Shown piece by piece: positions 11,045-20,138 of a DNA stretch of 64,000 nucleotides. Made by a program: the position numbers and the translations under genes. Every line of letters starts with the position of its first letter. Position 1 is the first letter of the stretch. The stretch is taken from assembly GCA_036558125.1 (NCBI GenBank), contig DATBGE010000108.1, positions 30,813 to 94,812 on the forward strand, given 5' to 3'. The notes under the pieces are model-generated. The model worked only from the letters and a program-made list of their open reading frames with translations, was not told the DNA's origin and did no database searches. The stretch is from Gemmatimonadales bacterium. GTDB lineage: Bacteria > Gemmatimonadota > Gemmatimonadetes > Gemmatimonadales > GWC2-71-9.

Positions 11045-11323
11045 GTGAGCGGTCACGTCTTTCACCCCGGTCACTCGGAGTTGCACGGCATAACTGTCGT
11101 GCTGGAGACGACGGGGGATGTACTCTACGTCGGTCGCTATCACGAGGAAACCGACCGCGGCGTCTTGCTGCACGACGTGGCGGAGCATCGAATCGAGAAT
11201 GGCGGTTTACCCCGGGAGGAGTTCATGGCGCGCACGATCAAGTTCGGAGTGCGGCCTCAACACCGGCACCTGGTGGTGCCTCGGGAAGAAGTCGGAAGAA
11301 TTTCGAAACTGGCGGAATGGTAG
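11045..11323 (+). CDS. hypothetical small protein (possible Sm-like fold)
   Basis: GTG 1 nt after the previous stop. ITVVLETTGDVLYVGRYHEETDRGVLLHDV resembles an Sm1-type beta-strand pattern (weak, by eye). Confidence 0.5.
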   Translation: MSGHVFHPGHSELHGITVVLETTGDVLYVGRYHEETDRGVLLHDVAEHRIENGGLPREEFMARTIKFGVRPQHRHLVVPREEVGRISKLAEW

Positions 11324-11350
11324 GCAACGCCGGCCCAGCCTGACGCAGTA

Positions 11351-11380
11351 AGCCCTCCGCCAATCAGCCGGGGGGCTTTC
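11351..11380. terminator. hairpin between convergent genes
   Basis: AGCCCTCCG / CGGGGGGCT stem (one G-U) with a 9-nt loop, followed by TTTC. Sits between the stops at 11323 and 11386. Confidence 0.35.
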
Positions 11381-11385
11381 TACTA

Positions 11386-11601
11386 TCAGGGCCAGGCTTG
11401 CTCGCCATAGTGGTCGATCAGAGTGATGGCGTCTACGGGGCAGGCGCGAGCGGCGTCGAGGATGCGTTTATCCCTTGCTCCCTCCGGGTCGACCACGATG
11501 CAGAAGTCCTCATCATCCAGCGCAAACACCCCCGGCGCCATGGCAACGCACTCGCCGTTACTCTCGCAAAGCTCGCGGTTGATGATGATTTCGTAGGGCA
11601 T
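11386..11601 (-). CDS. ferredoxin (single-cluster type)
   Basis: MPYEIIINRELCESNGECVAMAPGVF...AARACPVDAI. Start taken at the ATG at 11601. Confidence 0.75.
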   Translation of the reverse strand: MPYEIIINRELCESNGECVAMAPGVFALDDEDFCIVVDPEGARDKRILDAARACPVDAITLIDHYGEQAWP

Positions 11602-11738
11602 TGGCTGGTCAGAAAGGCCGTTCGCCGTATGTGGGGGCAATTATAGGAAACAAGCTGGGAATCGGCCAGAGCCCGCCGAAACCACGAAGGACGGGCGGGC
11701 GTAGAAGTGGCGCCTCTTCAACCGCGGGCAGGCGAATC

Positions 11739-12695
11739 ATGGCTGAAGCCGTCGTTACAGTCGATCGGATCACCAAACGGTTCGCGGGGCACACTGCCGT
11801 GCGCGACCTGTCCTTGAGCATTCCTGCCGGCGGAATCTTCGGCCTGTTGGGTCCCAACGGGGCCGGGAAGAGTACCACCATCCGAATGATCCTCAATATC
11901 CTGGTCCCCGATTCCGGATCTGTCCGGCTATTCGGGGATCAGGTGGCCGCGCGCGATCTCTCGGCTCGGCTCGGGTACCTGCCGGAGGAGCGGGGACTTT
12001 ACCGGAAGATGCGGGTCCTCGACCAACTGGCCTTCCTGGGGGAAATCCGTGGCCTGCGGCGCCTCGACAGCGTGCGTCGCGCGCGCACCTGGCTCGAGCG
12101 CCTGGGCTTGGGGGATTGGACCCGGAAAAAGGTCGAAGACCTGTCCAAAGGCATGCAGCAGAAAGTCCAGTTCATCGGCTCGCTGCTACACGACCCGGAA
12201 CTGGTCGTCCTCGATGAGCCGTTCAGCGGGCTCGATCCCGTCAACAGCCAGATCATGAAGGACGTGGTGGTCGAAATCGCCCGCGAGGGTCGCACCGTGC
12301 TCTTCTCCACCCACATTATGGAGCAGGCGGAACGGATGTGCGACAGGGTGGCTATCATCGCCCGGGGCGAGAAGGTTCTCGACGGAGCACTCAGCGAGGT
12401 AAAGCACGACTTCGGCACCCGGCATGTCGCACTGGTGTTCACCAGGAACCAGGCCAGCGCCGCGAAGATCCTTCGAGATCCGACACTGGTCGCCCGGGCC
12501 GATGACTATGGCGGGTCGGCCGAGGTTGAACTCCCGAGCGACGGGAACCCCGACCGGCTACTCCGGGCCCTGGTCGAGGCGGATGTTGGGCTGAGCCGGT
12601 TCGAAATCGTCGAGCCGTCCCTGCAATCCATCTTCATTGCCAAGGTCGGGGCGGAGGCCGCTGTGGCACCGGCCCGGGAGGAAGTCCATGCGTAA
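11739..12695 (+). CDS. ABC transporter ATP-binding protein (ABC-2/NatA-like)
   Basis: Walker A GPNGAGKST, signature LSKGMQQK, Walker B LVVLDEPFSGLD. ATG at 11739 (MAEAVVTVDRITKRF). Confidence 0.9.
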   Translation: MAEAVVTVDRITKRFAGHTAVRDLSLSIPAGGIFGLLGPNGAGKSTTIRMILNILVPDSGSVRLFGDQVAARDLSARLGYLPEERGLYRKMRVLDQLAFLGEIRGLRRLDSVRRARTWLERLGLGDWTRKKVEDLSKGMQQKVQFIGSLLHDPELVVLDEPFSGLDPVNSQIMKDVVVEIAREGRTVLFSTHIMEQAERMCDRVAIIARGEKVLDGALSEVKHDFGTRHVALVFTRNQASAAKILRDPTLVARADDYGGSAEVELPSDGNPDRLLRALVEADVGLSRFEIVEPSLQSIFIAKVGAEAAVAPAREEVHA

Positions 12696-14004
12696 GTTCC
12701 TCGCCGTCGTGACCCGGGAATTCCGGGAGCGGGTGCGCACCCGGGCCTTCGTGATCAGCACCGTATTGATCCCACTCTTCTTTACGCTGATGATCGCGGG
12801 CCAGATCATCCTCTCCACCCGGGGCGCCGGGACCTGGCGGATCGCCGTCGTGGATGCGGCCCAAGGGTCGTTCGGCGCGCGGGTCGAAGCGGCGCTTCGG
12901 GAGGTCAAGGTTGGAAGCGGCGCCGTCGCTCCTCAGAAATATCAGGTGGAGCGCATCAGCATCGCACCCGGTCGAATCGATGCGGTGAAGGACTCCCTGA
13001 TTCCTCTGATCGGGAAACGGGAGGAGGTCCCGGGGAAACTCGACGGGTTTCTCCTGGTGACCGAGGACGGACTCGCGTCGGGGGAGATTCCCTACTTTGG
13101 CGGCAATGTCGGGAGTCTCAGCGAAATGGATAACCTGCAGACCTCGCTTCGTCCCGTGGTGCTCACCGAGAGACTGGTACGTGAAGGCGTCGAACCCGAC
13201 GCTGTGCAGCAGGCCTCGGGCGGGGTAGAACTGGTAACCTCGAAGATTACCGACGGGAAGCTTACCGGGGAATCAGGAGAATCCTCGTTCTTTCTGGTGT
13301 ATGTCATGACGTTGATGATGTACTTCGCGCTGCTGTTCTACGGTATTCAGGTCATGAGCTCGGTGCTCGAAGAAAAGACCTCGCGTATTGTCGAGGTCCT
13401 CGCTTCGAGCGTAACCCCCTTTCAGCTGATGCTCGGCAAAGTCGTCGGGGTCGCCTCGGTTGGATTGTTCCAGCTCGGGATATGGGCCATGGCGGGATTG
13501 TACCTGACCGCCAATGTCGCGCCAATTCTCTCTATCCTGCACATGTCGAGTGATGCGGCAAAAGGCGTACAGCTCCCCACGGTCACCTTGCCGTTGTTGC
13601 TGGTCTTTCTCCTCTTCTTCGTACTGGGCTTTTTCCTCTTCTCCTCGATGTATGCTGCCGTCGGGGCCATGTGCAACAGCCAGCAGGATGCCAATCAGAC
13701 CCAGCATCCCGTCACCATCGGGATTGTGCTCGGGCTGATGACGATGTTCCCGCTGATGAATGATCCCAATAGCTCCCTGGCTCGCACGCTCAGCCTGATA
13801 CCGTTCACTGCTCCCTTTGCGACCCCAATCCGGTATTCTGTTTCGCCTTTGCCACTGCTGGAGCTCGTTCTGTCCATTCTCTCGACCATCGCCGGTGTGC
13901 TGATCATGTGCTGGATCGCTTCCCGGATCTATCGCATCGGCATTCTGGCCTACGGTAAGCGGCCCGGACTGGCAGAGCTCTGGAGGTGGGTGAGGACGGC
14001 GTAG
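12688..14004 (+). CDS. ABC-2 family transporter permease (NatB-like)
   Basis: 8-nt overlap with the ATPase. N-terminal TM, large periplasmic loop, then about 5 C-terminal TM helices. Confidence 0.8.
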   Translation: MRKFLAVVTREFRERVRTRAFVISTVLIPLFFTLMIAGQIILSTRGAGTWRIAVVDAAQGSFGARVEAALREVKVGSGAVAPQKYQVERISIAPGRIDAVKDSLIPLIGKREEVPGKLDGFLLVTEDGLASGEIPYFGGNVGSLSEMDNLQTSLRPVVLTERLVREGVEPDAVQQASGGVELVTSKITDGKLTGESGESSFFLVYVMTLMMYFALLFYGIQVMSSVLEEKTSRIVEVLASSVTPFQLMLGKVVGVASVGLFQLGIWAMAGLYLTANVAPILSILHMSSDAAKGVQLPTVTLPLLLVFLLFFVLGFFLFSSMYAAVGAMCNSQQDANQTQHPVTIGIVLGLMTMFPLMNDPNSSLARTLSLIPFTAPFATPIRYSVSPLPLLELVLSILSTIAGVLIMCWIASRIYRIGILAYGKRPGLAELWRWVRTA

Positions 14005-14007
14005 GGG

Positions 14008-14055
14008 CGGGAGAACGGGAGAACGGGTGAACGGGTGAACGGGAGAACGGGTGAG
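14008..14055 (+). repeat. tandem octamer array, 6 x CGGG[A/T]GAA
   Basis: Read directly from sequence. Starts 3 nt after the TAG stop at 14002..14004. Gives six GGG tracts spaced by 5 nt. Confidence 0.95.
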
Positions 14056-14087
14056 GGGGCGACCAGAACGGTCGCCCCTACTATTTT
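14056..14087 (+). terminator. rho-independent terminator
   Basis: GGGGCGACC-agaac-GGTCGCCCC (9-bp perfect stem) followed by TACTATTTT. Confidence 0.6.
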
Positions 14088-14094
14088 GGGGCCC

Positions 14095-15972
14095 ATGGAG
14101 CACTTCGATGTGATCGTGATCGGCGGCGGGCACGCCGGTGCCGAGGCGGCTAACGCCGCGGCTCGCCGCGGAGCGCGAACCCTGCTGTTGACCCAGAGTC
14201 TCGAGAGCATCGGTCAGATGTCCTGCAATCCGGCTATCGGGGGGATTGCGAAGGGCACCCTCGTCCGCGAGGTGGATGCGCTGGGGGGGATTATGGGGCG
14301 GGCGACCGACCTCGCCGCGATTCAGTATCGAATGCTGAACCGGTCGAAGGGACCTGCGGTGTGGTCTCCCAGGGCGCAGTGCGATCGTGGTCTCTATCGC
14401 CGTGCAGTGCGATCTCTGCTGGAGGCTCAGCCGAATCTCGAATTTCTTCAGGGCACTGTCGCGGACCTAAAGGTTCAGCGCGGAAGGGTTAGCGGGGTGG
14501 TCACCCGAGAGGGCCGGCTCCTCGAGGCGCAGTGCGTGATCCTCACCGCCGGGACCTTCCTGCGAGGCAGGATCCACCTCGGCTTGGACACACAGATTCC
14601 AGCTGGCCGCGCGGGAGACGCGCCGGCGGTGGAGATTGCAGAAGCGCTTGCGAGAGAAGGACTTACAATAGAACGCTTCAAGACTGGGACCCCTCCGCGG
14701 ATTGATGGACGGAGCCTCGACCTTGGTCGCTTTCAGCGGCAGGACGGGGAGACCGAGCCCTACTGGTTCTCCTTCTTCGATCACCCGGGACGACTGCCCC
14801 AGCTCCCGTGTTATCTCGCGTGGGCAGGACCGGAACTCAAGCGCATTATCCAGGAGCACCTGCTCCAGTCGGCCCTATATGGCGGTGCCATCAGTGGGAG
14901 AGGCCCGCGCTACTGCCCATCGATCGAAGACAAGATCGTCAAGTTCCCCGATGCGGAGCGGCACCAGGTATTCCTCGAGCCAGAGGGACTGGAGACCTCG
15001 GAGCTATACGTGAACGGTCTCTCGACCTCGCTGCCTCCGCCGGTTCAAGAGAAGTTTCTGCGCTCGATCCCCGGACTCGAAGGGGTGCGCATGACCCGTC
15101 CCGGGTATGCGATCGAGTACGACTATTTCCCACCGACGCAACTCGACCCGACTCTCGAGGTGCGAGGGATCGGCGGACTCTTCTTCGCTGGGCAGATCAA
15201 CGGAACAACCGGCTACGAGGAGGCTGCCGCGCAGGGGATTGTCGCCGGAATCAATGCCGCCGGGACAGCGTTGGGGCTGGACTCCGTTATTCTGCGGCGT
15301 GACCAGGCCATGATCGGTGTCCTGATTGACGATCTGGTGAGCCGTGGGGTGGACGAACCCTACCGGATGTTCACCTCACGAGCGGAGTTTCGACTACTCC
15401 TACGCCAGGATAACGCCCTCAGGAGGCTATCCGAGCTCGGCAGAGGCTTGGGGCTCCTGACGGACGACGAGACGAAGGAGGCCACGACTCTTCTTGAGGA
15501 ACAGGAGAAAGCCCTCGCCTTTGCGATGGAAACGGCGCTTGCTCCACAGGCCGTTAACGATCTGCTGGCGGTGAATCAGTCGGCGCCCATTGAGGAGCCG
15601 GTGCGGCTGGCGACCTTGATCCGCCGCCCTGGTATTCATTACAGGGACCTTCTGAGGGGGGAGGTCGGGCTGGATTTCTCCGATTCTGCGCTCGAGTGGG
15701 CGGAGATCGAGTTGAAATACTCGGGTTATCTGGAGAGGGAGAGGGCCGGAGCGGTACGACTCGACCGTATGGAAGCGGTGGAGCTACCGTCCGACGCCCC
15801 GTACCGGAGCTTCAAGTCGCTTTCTTACGAATCCCGGGAAAAACTCAGCACTATCCGGCCGGGGACGCTGGCGCAGGCGGGCAGGATCCCTGGCGTCTCG
15901 CCGAGCGATCTCCAGAACCTGCTCATCGAACTCGCCAAGTGGCGCCGCAGCTCCGACCCCTGTTTCACGTGA
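14095..15972 (+). CDS. mnmG: tRNA uridine-5-carboxymethylaminomethyl(34) synthesis enzyme MnmG (GidA)
   Basis: FDVIVIGGGHAGAEAA FAD motif, GPRYCPSIEDK, FFAGQINGTTGYEEAAAQG. ATG at 14095. Confidence 0.95.
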   Translation: MEHFDVIVIGGGHAGAEAANAAARRGARTLLLTQSLESIGQMSCNPAIGGIAKGTLVREVDALGGIMGRATDLAAIQYRMLNRSKGPAVWSPRAQCDRGLYRRAVRSLLEAQPNLEFLQGTVADLKVQRGRVSGVVTREGRLLEAQCVILTAGTFLRGRIHLGLDTQIPAGRAGDAPAVEIAEALAREGLTIERFKTGTPPRIDGRSLDLGRFQRQDGETEPYWFSFFDHPGRLPQLPCYLAWAGPELKRIIQEHLLQSALYGGAISGRGPRYCPSIEDKIVKFPDAERHQVFLEPEGLETSELYVNGLSTSLPPPVQEKFLRSIPGLEGVRMTRPGYAIEYDYFPPTQLDPTLEVRGIGGLFFAGQINGTTGYEEAAAQGIVAGINAAGTALGLDSVILRRDQAMIGVLIDDLVSRGVDEPYRMFTSRAEFRLLLRQDNALRRLSELGRGLGLLTDDETKEATTLLEEQEKALAFAMETALAPQAVNDLLAVNQSAPIEEPVRLATLIRRPGIHYRDLLRGEVGLDFSDSALEWAEIELKYSGYLERERAGAVRLDRMEAVELPSDAPYRSFKSLSYESREKLSTIRPGTLAQAGRIPGVSPSDLQNLLIELAKWRRSSDPCFT

Positions 15973-15976
15973 AACT
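15961..15976. other. parS: parS centromere-like site (TGTTTCACGTGAAACT)
   Basis: 15/16 match to the TGTTNCACGTGAAACA consensus. Overlaps the mnmG stop codon. Confidence 0.85.
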
Positions 15977-16032
15977 CCCGCCCGATTAGGCGGAAAGCTC
16001 TAAGCCCAGCTCAAAACCGGCCCCAGTCTACC

Positions 16033-16048
16033 CGTTTCACGTGAAACG
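16033..16048. other. parS: parS centromere-like site (CGTTTCACGTGAAACG)
   Basis: Perfect 14-bp core palindrome GTTTCACGTGAAAC, 114 bp upstream of parA. Confidence 0.85.
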
Positions 16049-16161
16049 GAGCCCATTCCATTGCTGTTAGGGCATTTGGATCTATATTCTAACTGCCGCC
16101 GCAGTATTGTATTTCCGACAGATAAATGTAACTATCTGCAATCAAATCACTTACGAGATAA

Positions 16162-16974
16162 ATGGCAAGACTCATCGCGATCGCCAACCAGAAAGGCGGG
16201 GTGGGGAAGACGACCACCGCGGTGAATCTCGCTGCGTCCCTCGCCATCGCAGAGCGGAAGACTCTGCTCGTGGATGCCGATCCCCAGGGTAACGCGACGA
16301 GCGGGATGGGGATTCGCCGGGAAACCATTCGGTACGCCCTCTACGACGCCATCGTCGAGGGACGGCCGGCCGGAGACATCATCATCAATGATCCCGCGCT
16401 ACCCTACCTGGACATTCTGCCGGCGACACAGGATCTCGTCGGTGCCGAACTCGAGTTGGTGGATCGCCGGGAGCGCGAAACAGTCCTTCGCCGGGCACTC
16501 GCGCCGATCAAGGGCTCGTACGAATTCATTTTGATCGACTGCCCGCCTTCGTTGGGACTCATCACCCTCAACGTGCTGACCGCCGCCGACGGAGTCATCA
16601 TCCCGATTCAGTGTGAGTACTACGCGCTGGAGGGAATCTCGCAGTTGCTCAACACCATCAACCTGGTGCAACAGAATTTCAATCCCACTCTCGCGATCGA
16701 TGGTGTGCTGCTCACGATGTACGATTCTCGAATCAATCTCTGCCGCCAGGTGGCGGCCGATGCGAAGGAATACTTCGGCGCCAAGATGTTCCCGACGGTC
16801 ATCCCTCGTAACGTGCGACTGGCCGAGGCGCCGAGTTTCGGCAAACCGATCCTCATGTACGACATCCAATCGGTCGGCGCGAAGAGCTACCTCGCGACTG
16901 CGCAGGAACTGGTCCGCCGCACCGAAGCATTGTCACCGACGGAGAGTCCTGCACTGCGTGAGGTGAGCGAATGA
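16162..16974 (+). CDS. parA: chromosome partitioning ATPase ParA/Soj
   Basis: Deviant Walker A NQKGGVGKTT. Full-length ParA-like sequence. Confidence 0.9.
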   Translation: MARLIAIANQKGGVGKTTTAVNLAASLAIAERKTLLVDADPQGNATSGMGIRRETIRYALYDAIVEGRPAGDIIINDPALPYLDILPATQDLVGAELELVDRRERETVLRRALAPIKGSYEFILIDCPPSLGLITLNVLTAADGVIIPIQCEYYALEGISQLLNTINLVQQNFNPTLAIDGVLLTMYDSRINLCRQVAADAKEYFGAKMFPTVIPRNVRLAEAPSFGKPILMYDIQSVGAKSYLATAQELVRRTEALSPTESPALREVSE

Positions 16975-17846
16975 GCGAGACGAAGCGACTCGGCCGGGGG
17001 CTGGAAGCCCTGTTAGGACCGGTTGCTCGGCATCAGGCCGAGCCAGAGGGCGCGATGCAGGAACTGCCGGTCGATGCGATACGGCCCAATCCATATCAGC
17101 CGCGCATCAAGGTGGACGAGGCGGCGCTGCAGGAACTAGTCACGTCGATCCAGGCCTCGGGCCTCCTGCAGCCGGTGGTCGTACGGGCACATGCCGACGG
17201 GTATCAGCTCATTGCGGGAGAGCGTCGCTGGCGGGCGGTCCAACGGCTGGGCTGGCGGCGAATTCCCGCCGTGATCAGGGAAGCAGATGATCGCACACTT
17301 CTTACGCTTGCACTGGTCGAGAATCTGCAGCGCGACAATCTCTCTCCCGTCGAGACCGCCAGGAGTTACCAGCGTCTGATCGACGAATTCCAGGCTTCTC
17401 CAGCTGAAGTCGGAGAACTCGTAGGGAAAGACCGCTCCACCGTCGCCAACGCGCTCCGTCTGCTGCGGCTGCCGTCCGAGGTGCGGGAGATGCTCGAAGA
17501 CGGAAGGCTCTCGGAAGGCCACGCGAGGGCATTGCTCGGGGTGAGCGATACCACACACATGAGTCGCCTCGCGAAGGATGCTGCCGCGAATGGCTGGACG
17601 GTGCGCGACACCGAAAGCCGGGTGCGCGAGGGACGGACTCCCCGAAATTCTCGCCGGCCCACCGGACCTCAAGAGGCCTCGGCCGAGCATCGCCGGGTGG
17701 AAGATGCGTTGCGGAAACGACTCGGAACCGATGTTCGGGTGACCGCCCGGCGCAAAGGGAGAGGTCTCATCGCGCTCAGCTATTACTCGAACGACGATCT
17801 CGCCCGTCTGCTCGAACTGCTGCTGGGAAGACCCTTCGAGGGCTGA
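16971..17846 (+). CDS. parB: chromosome partitioning protein ParB/Spo0J
   Basis: RLGRGLEALL N-terminus, QPR...LIAGERRWRA ParB box, HTH region. ATGA overlap with parA. Confidence 0.9.
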   Translation: MSETKRLGRGLEALLGPVARHQAEPEGAMQELPVDAIRPNPYQPRIKVDEAALQELVTSIQASGLLQPVVVRAHADGYQLIAGERRWRAVQRLGWRRIPAVIREADDRTLLTLALVENLQRDNLSPVETARSYQRLIDEFQASPAEVGELVGKDRSTVANALRLLRLPSEVREMLEDGRLSEGHARALLGVSDTTHMSRLAKDAAANGWTVRDTESRVREGRTPRNSRRPTGPQEASAEHRRVEDALRKRLGTDVRVTARRKGRGLIALSYYSNDDLARLLELLLGRPFEG

Positions 17847-18638
17847 GTGCCTGCGCGCCGTTCTCTGACGATCATCCTCCAACCGGACGGCGCGCTCACC
17901 TCACGCACGATCCGGATTCCTCTCTGGGCCCTTCGCGCGCTCGCCATCGCCTGTGCAGTGGTCGGTACCGGCGTGATTCTCGCCGCGGCGTTCTATCTTC
18001 CCATCTTCCGCGCGGCCGCCAGGGTTCCCGGTCTGGAGAATGAGGTAGCCCGGCTGGAGACCGAGAACGGAAGGATCCGGGAGCTGGTCGCCGCTCTCGA
18101 TTCGGCGGAGCAGCGGTACTCCAAGATCCGTCAGATGCTGGGTGCCGACATCGTGCCCGACCCGGTTTCTCTATCGACGCCACTCCCGGTAGCGCCGGCT
18201 GTACGGGCCAGAATCCCGGAAACGCCAGTACGCTTCGAGACCGGAAGCAGCATCCCACGGCACTGGCCTCTCGATGATCCGGGATACGTTACTCGGGGGC
18301 AGGTCGGCACAGGTACCGTCGACGAGGCGCATCCCGGCCTTGACATTGCAGTACCGATGGGGACCATGGTGCGTGCGTCAGGCGGCGGGACCGTGCTGCG
18401 CACTGGGACGGATGCGGAGTACGGGACTTTCGTCCTCCTGCAACACCCCGAGGGGTACCAGTCCATGTACGGGCACCTGGACCGTGCTACGGTGCAAGCT
18501 GGACGGCCGGTGAGCGCCGGCGAGGTCATAGGGCTCTCCGGCAACAGCGGACGCTCCAGCGCACCTCACCTTCATTTCGAGATACGCCTCAACGGGCAGT
18601 CGCTCGATCCAACGACTTTGGTTAAGGAGGGAAGCTGA
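17847..18638 (+). CDS. M23 family metallopeptidase (LytM-like), membrane-anchored with coiled coil
   Basis: HPGLD (HxxxD) and PHLHFE (HxH) catalytic motifs are intact. N-terminal TM helix. Confidence 0.85.
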   Translation: MPARRSLTIILQPDGALTSRTIRIPLWALRALAIACAVVGTGVILAAAFYLPIFRAAARVPGLENEVARLETENGRIRELVAALDSAEQRYSKIRQMLGADIVPDPVSLSTPLPVAPAVRARIPETPVRFETGSSIPRHWPLDDPGYVTRGQVGTGTVDEAHPGLDIAVPMGTMVRASGGGTVLRTGTDAEYGTFVLLQHPEGYQSMYGHLDRATVQAGRPVSAGEVIGLSGNSGRSSAPHLHFEIRLNGQSLDPTTLVKEGS

Positions 18639-19096
18639 TGGCCATTTTCTCGGGGTCCTCGAGGCACGCATCCGACTCTACGGGCCGCCGTTACGAGAAT
18701 GCCGGCCTGACGATCATTGCTGCGGGCACCCTGGTAGTGGGTGACGTGGCAAGTGAGGGAGTGGTCAAGGTCGAGGGCGAGGTACGGGGCTCGGTTCGGG
18801 CCGCCGGACAGATCCTCATTGCGAAGGGTGGGGTCATCCACGGAGATGCCCTGACCCGCGAAGCTGTAATCGGGGGCGAAATCGAAGGTGCTGTACGGGC
18901 CGAAGAGCGAGTCGAAATCCAGAGCGGTGCAGTCGTGAACGGTGACATCATGACCCAGCGGATCCTGATCGCGGAGGGCGGCAAGGTGAACGGTCAGCTT
19001 TCGATGGCGGCCACTGATGTCCTGATGACGGATATCGGTCACGCTGGCGGTAGTGAAGCCGATAGAGCTCTCTCCAGTGATTCCCACAATCGTTGA
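18638..19096 (+). CDS. bactofilin family cytoskeletal protein
   Basis: Repetitive beta-helix pattern (VVGDVASEGVVKVEGEVRGSVRAAGQILIAKGGVIHGD...) typical of DUF583. Start overlaps the M23 stop. Confidence 0.85.
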   Translation: MAIFSGSSRHASDSTGRRYENAGLTIIAAGTLVVGDVASEGVVKVEGEVRGSVRAAGQILIAKGGVIHGDALTREAVIGGEIEGAVRAEERVEIQSGAVVNGDIMTQRILIAEGGKVNGQLSMAATDVLMTDIGHAGGSEADRALSSDSHNR

Positions 19097-19142
19097 TAAG
19101 TCCCTACTTTGTGTGGAAATCATTCCTGTTTCTTACTTTAGA

Positions 19143-20138
19143 GTGACACCTCGGACAAGACCCAGTAGTATCACTGCTGCGATTGTGTCGCTATTGTGGC
19201 TCGGCACCAGCATTTTTGGGGTAGGGTGTGCCGGGCCCAAGTCTGCCGGAGAATTTCGGGTTGGCTTGGTCACTCCTGGCTCCATTGATGACGCCGCCTG
19301 GAATTCCGGAGCCTACCGCGGCCTTCAGCAGATCCGCGATTCCCTCCACGTTCAAATCAGCCAAGTCGAAGCGAGAACCCCCTCCGAACAGGAGGAGGCG
19401 CTCCGCACCTATGCCGCCCAAGGGTTCAGCCTGGTCTTCGCGCACGGCTTCGAGTTCCAGGGCCTGGCTGAGCGGGTTTCGGCCCGATATCCCGAGACTG
19501 TCTTCATCGTGACCTCGGGCGAGCGGGTAAGCGGGAATGTTTCACCGCTCATTTTCCGGCTCTACGAGGCGAGCTACCTGGCGGGGATTGTGGCCGGTGG
19601 GATGACCAAGACCGGAAGCATCGGCTTTGTCGGCGGGATTGAGCTTCCCCCAATCAAGGAAGCGGAAAACGCCTGGGTTGCCGGCGCCAAGTCGATCAAG
19701 CCATCGGTGGTGAGCCGTTCCGCCTACCTCAACACCTTTGATGATGTTGCTGCGGGTCGTGAGGCGGCTATTGCCCTGATTCATGCCGGCGCCGACATGT
19801 TCCATCACAACGCCGACGCCGCGGCACTCGGGGTATTTCAGGCGGTGAAGGAATCACCGAACGCCTTCATCTTCGGCGCGAATGAGGATCAGCACGCCCT
19901 TGCTCCCGAGCGAGTCCTGGGATCCGCGGTCATCGACCTGCCCAGGGCGTTCCTGACCGTCGCCCGTGAAGTACACGGCGGGACCTTTAAGCCAAGAGTC
20001 GAGTCGTTCGGGCTCAAGAGTGGGGTGATCCGGTATGAACCCAACCCCGCACTTGAGGGAACGGTTCCTGCCGCCGTCACGCAGCGGCTCAGGGCGGCCA
20101 CCGACTCCATCATCGCGCGGGATTCGGTCGCGCCGTGA
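19143..20138 (+). CDS. BMP family (PnrA-like) ABC transporter substrate-binding lipoprotein
   Basis: The GTG at 19143 yields a lipobox (LGTSIFGVGCAG). The VGLVTPGSIDDAAWN motif is typical of basic membrane protein family binders. Start is uncertain (19053 is also possible). Confidence 0.8.
   Translation: MTPRTRPSSITAAIVSLLWLGTSIFGVGCAGPKSAGEFRVGLVTPGSIDDAAWNSGAYRGLQQIRDSLHVQISQVEARTPSEQEEALRTYAAQGFSLVFAHGFEFQGLAERVSARYPETVFIVTSGERVSGNVSPLIFRLYEASYLAGIVAGGMTKTGSIGFVGGIELPPIKEAENAWVAGAKSIKPSVVSRSAYLNTFDDVAAGREAAIALIHAGADMFHHNADAAALGVFQAVKESPNAFIFGANEDQHALAPERVLGSAVIDLPRAFLTVAREVHGGTFKPRVESFGLKSGVIRYEPNPALEGTVPAAVTQRLRAATDSIIARDSVAP

Noticed and set aside
15973-16161. Replication origin (oriC) next to mnmG/parAB
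   Set aside because: The spacer is AT-rich and holds parS and a CAGATA-N8-TATCTG inverted repeat. I found no cluster of DnaA boxes (TTATCCACA/TGTGGATAA), and dnaA/dnaN are not in the window.
19081-19140. Single DnaA-box-like TGTGGAAAT and a weak CCACA/TGTGG hairpin after the bactofilin gene
   Set aside because: This is one degenerate site and a 5-bp stem, not distinguishable from chance.
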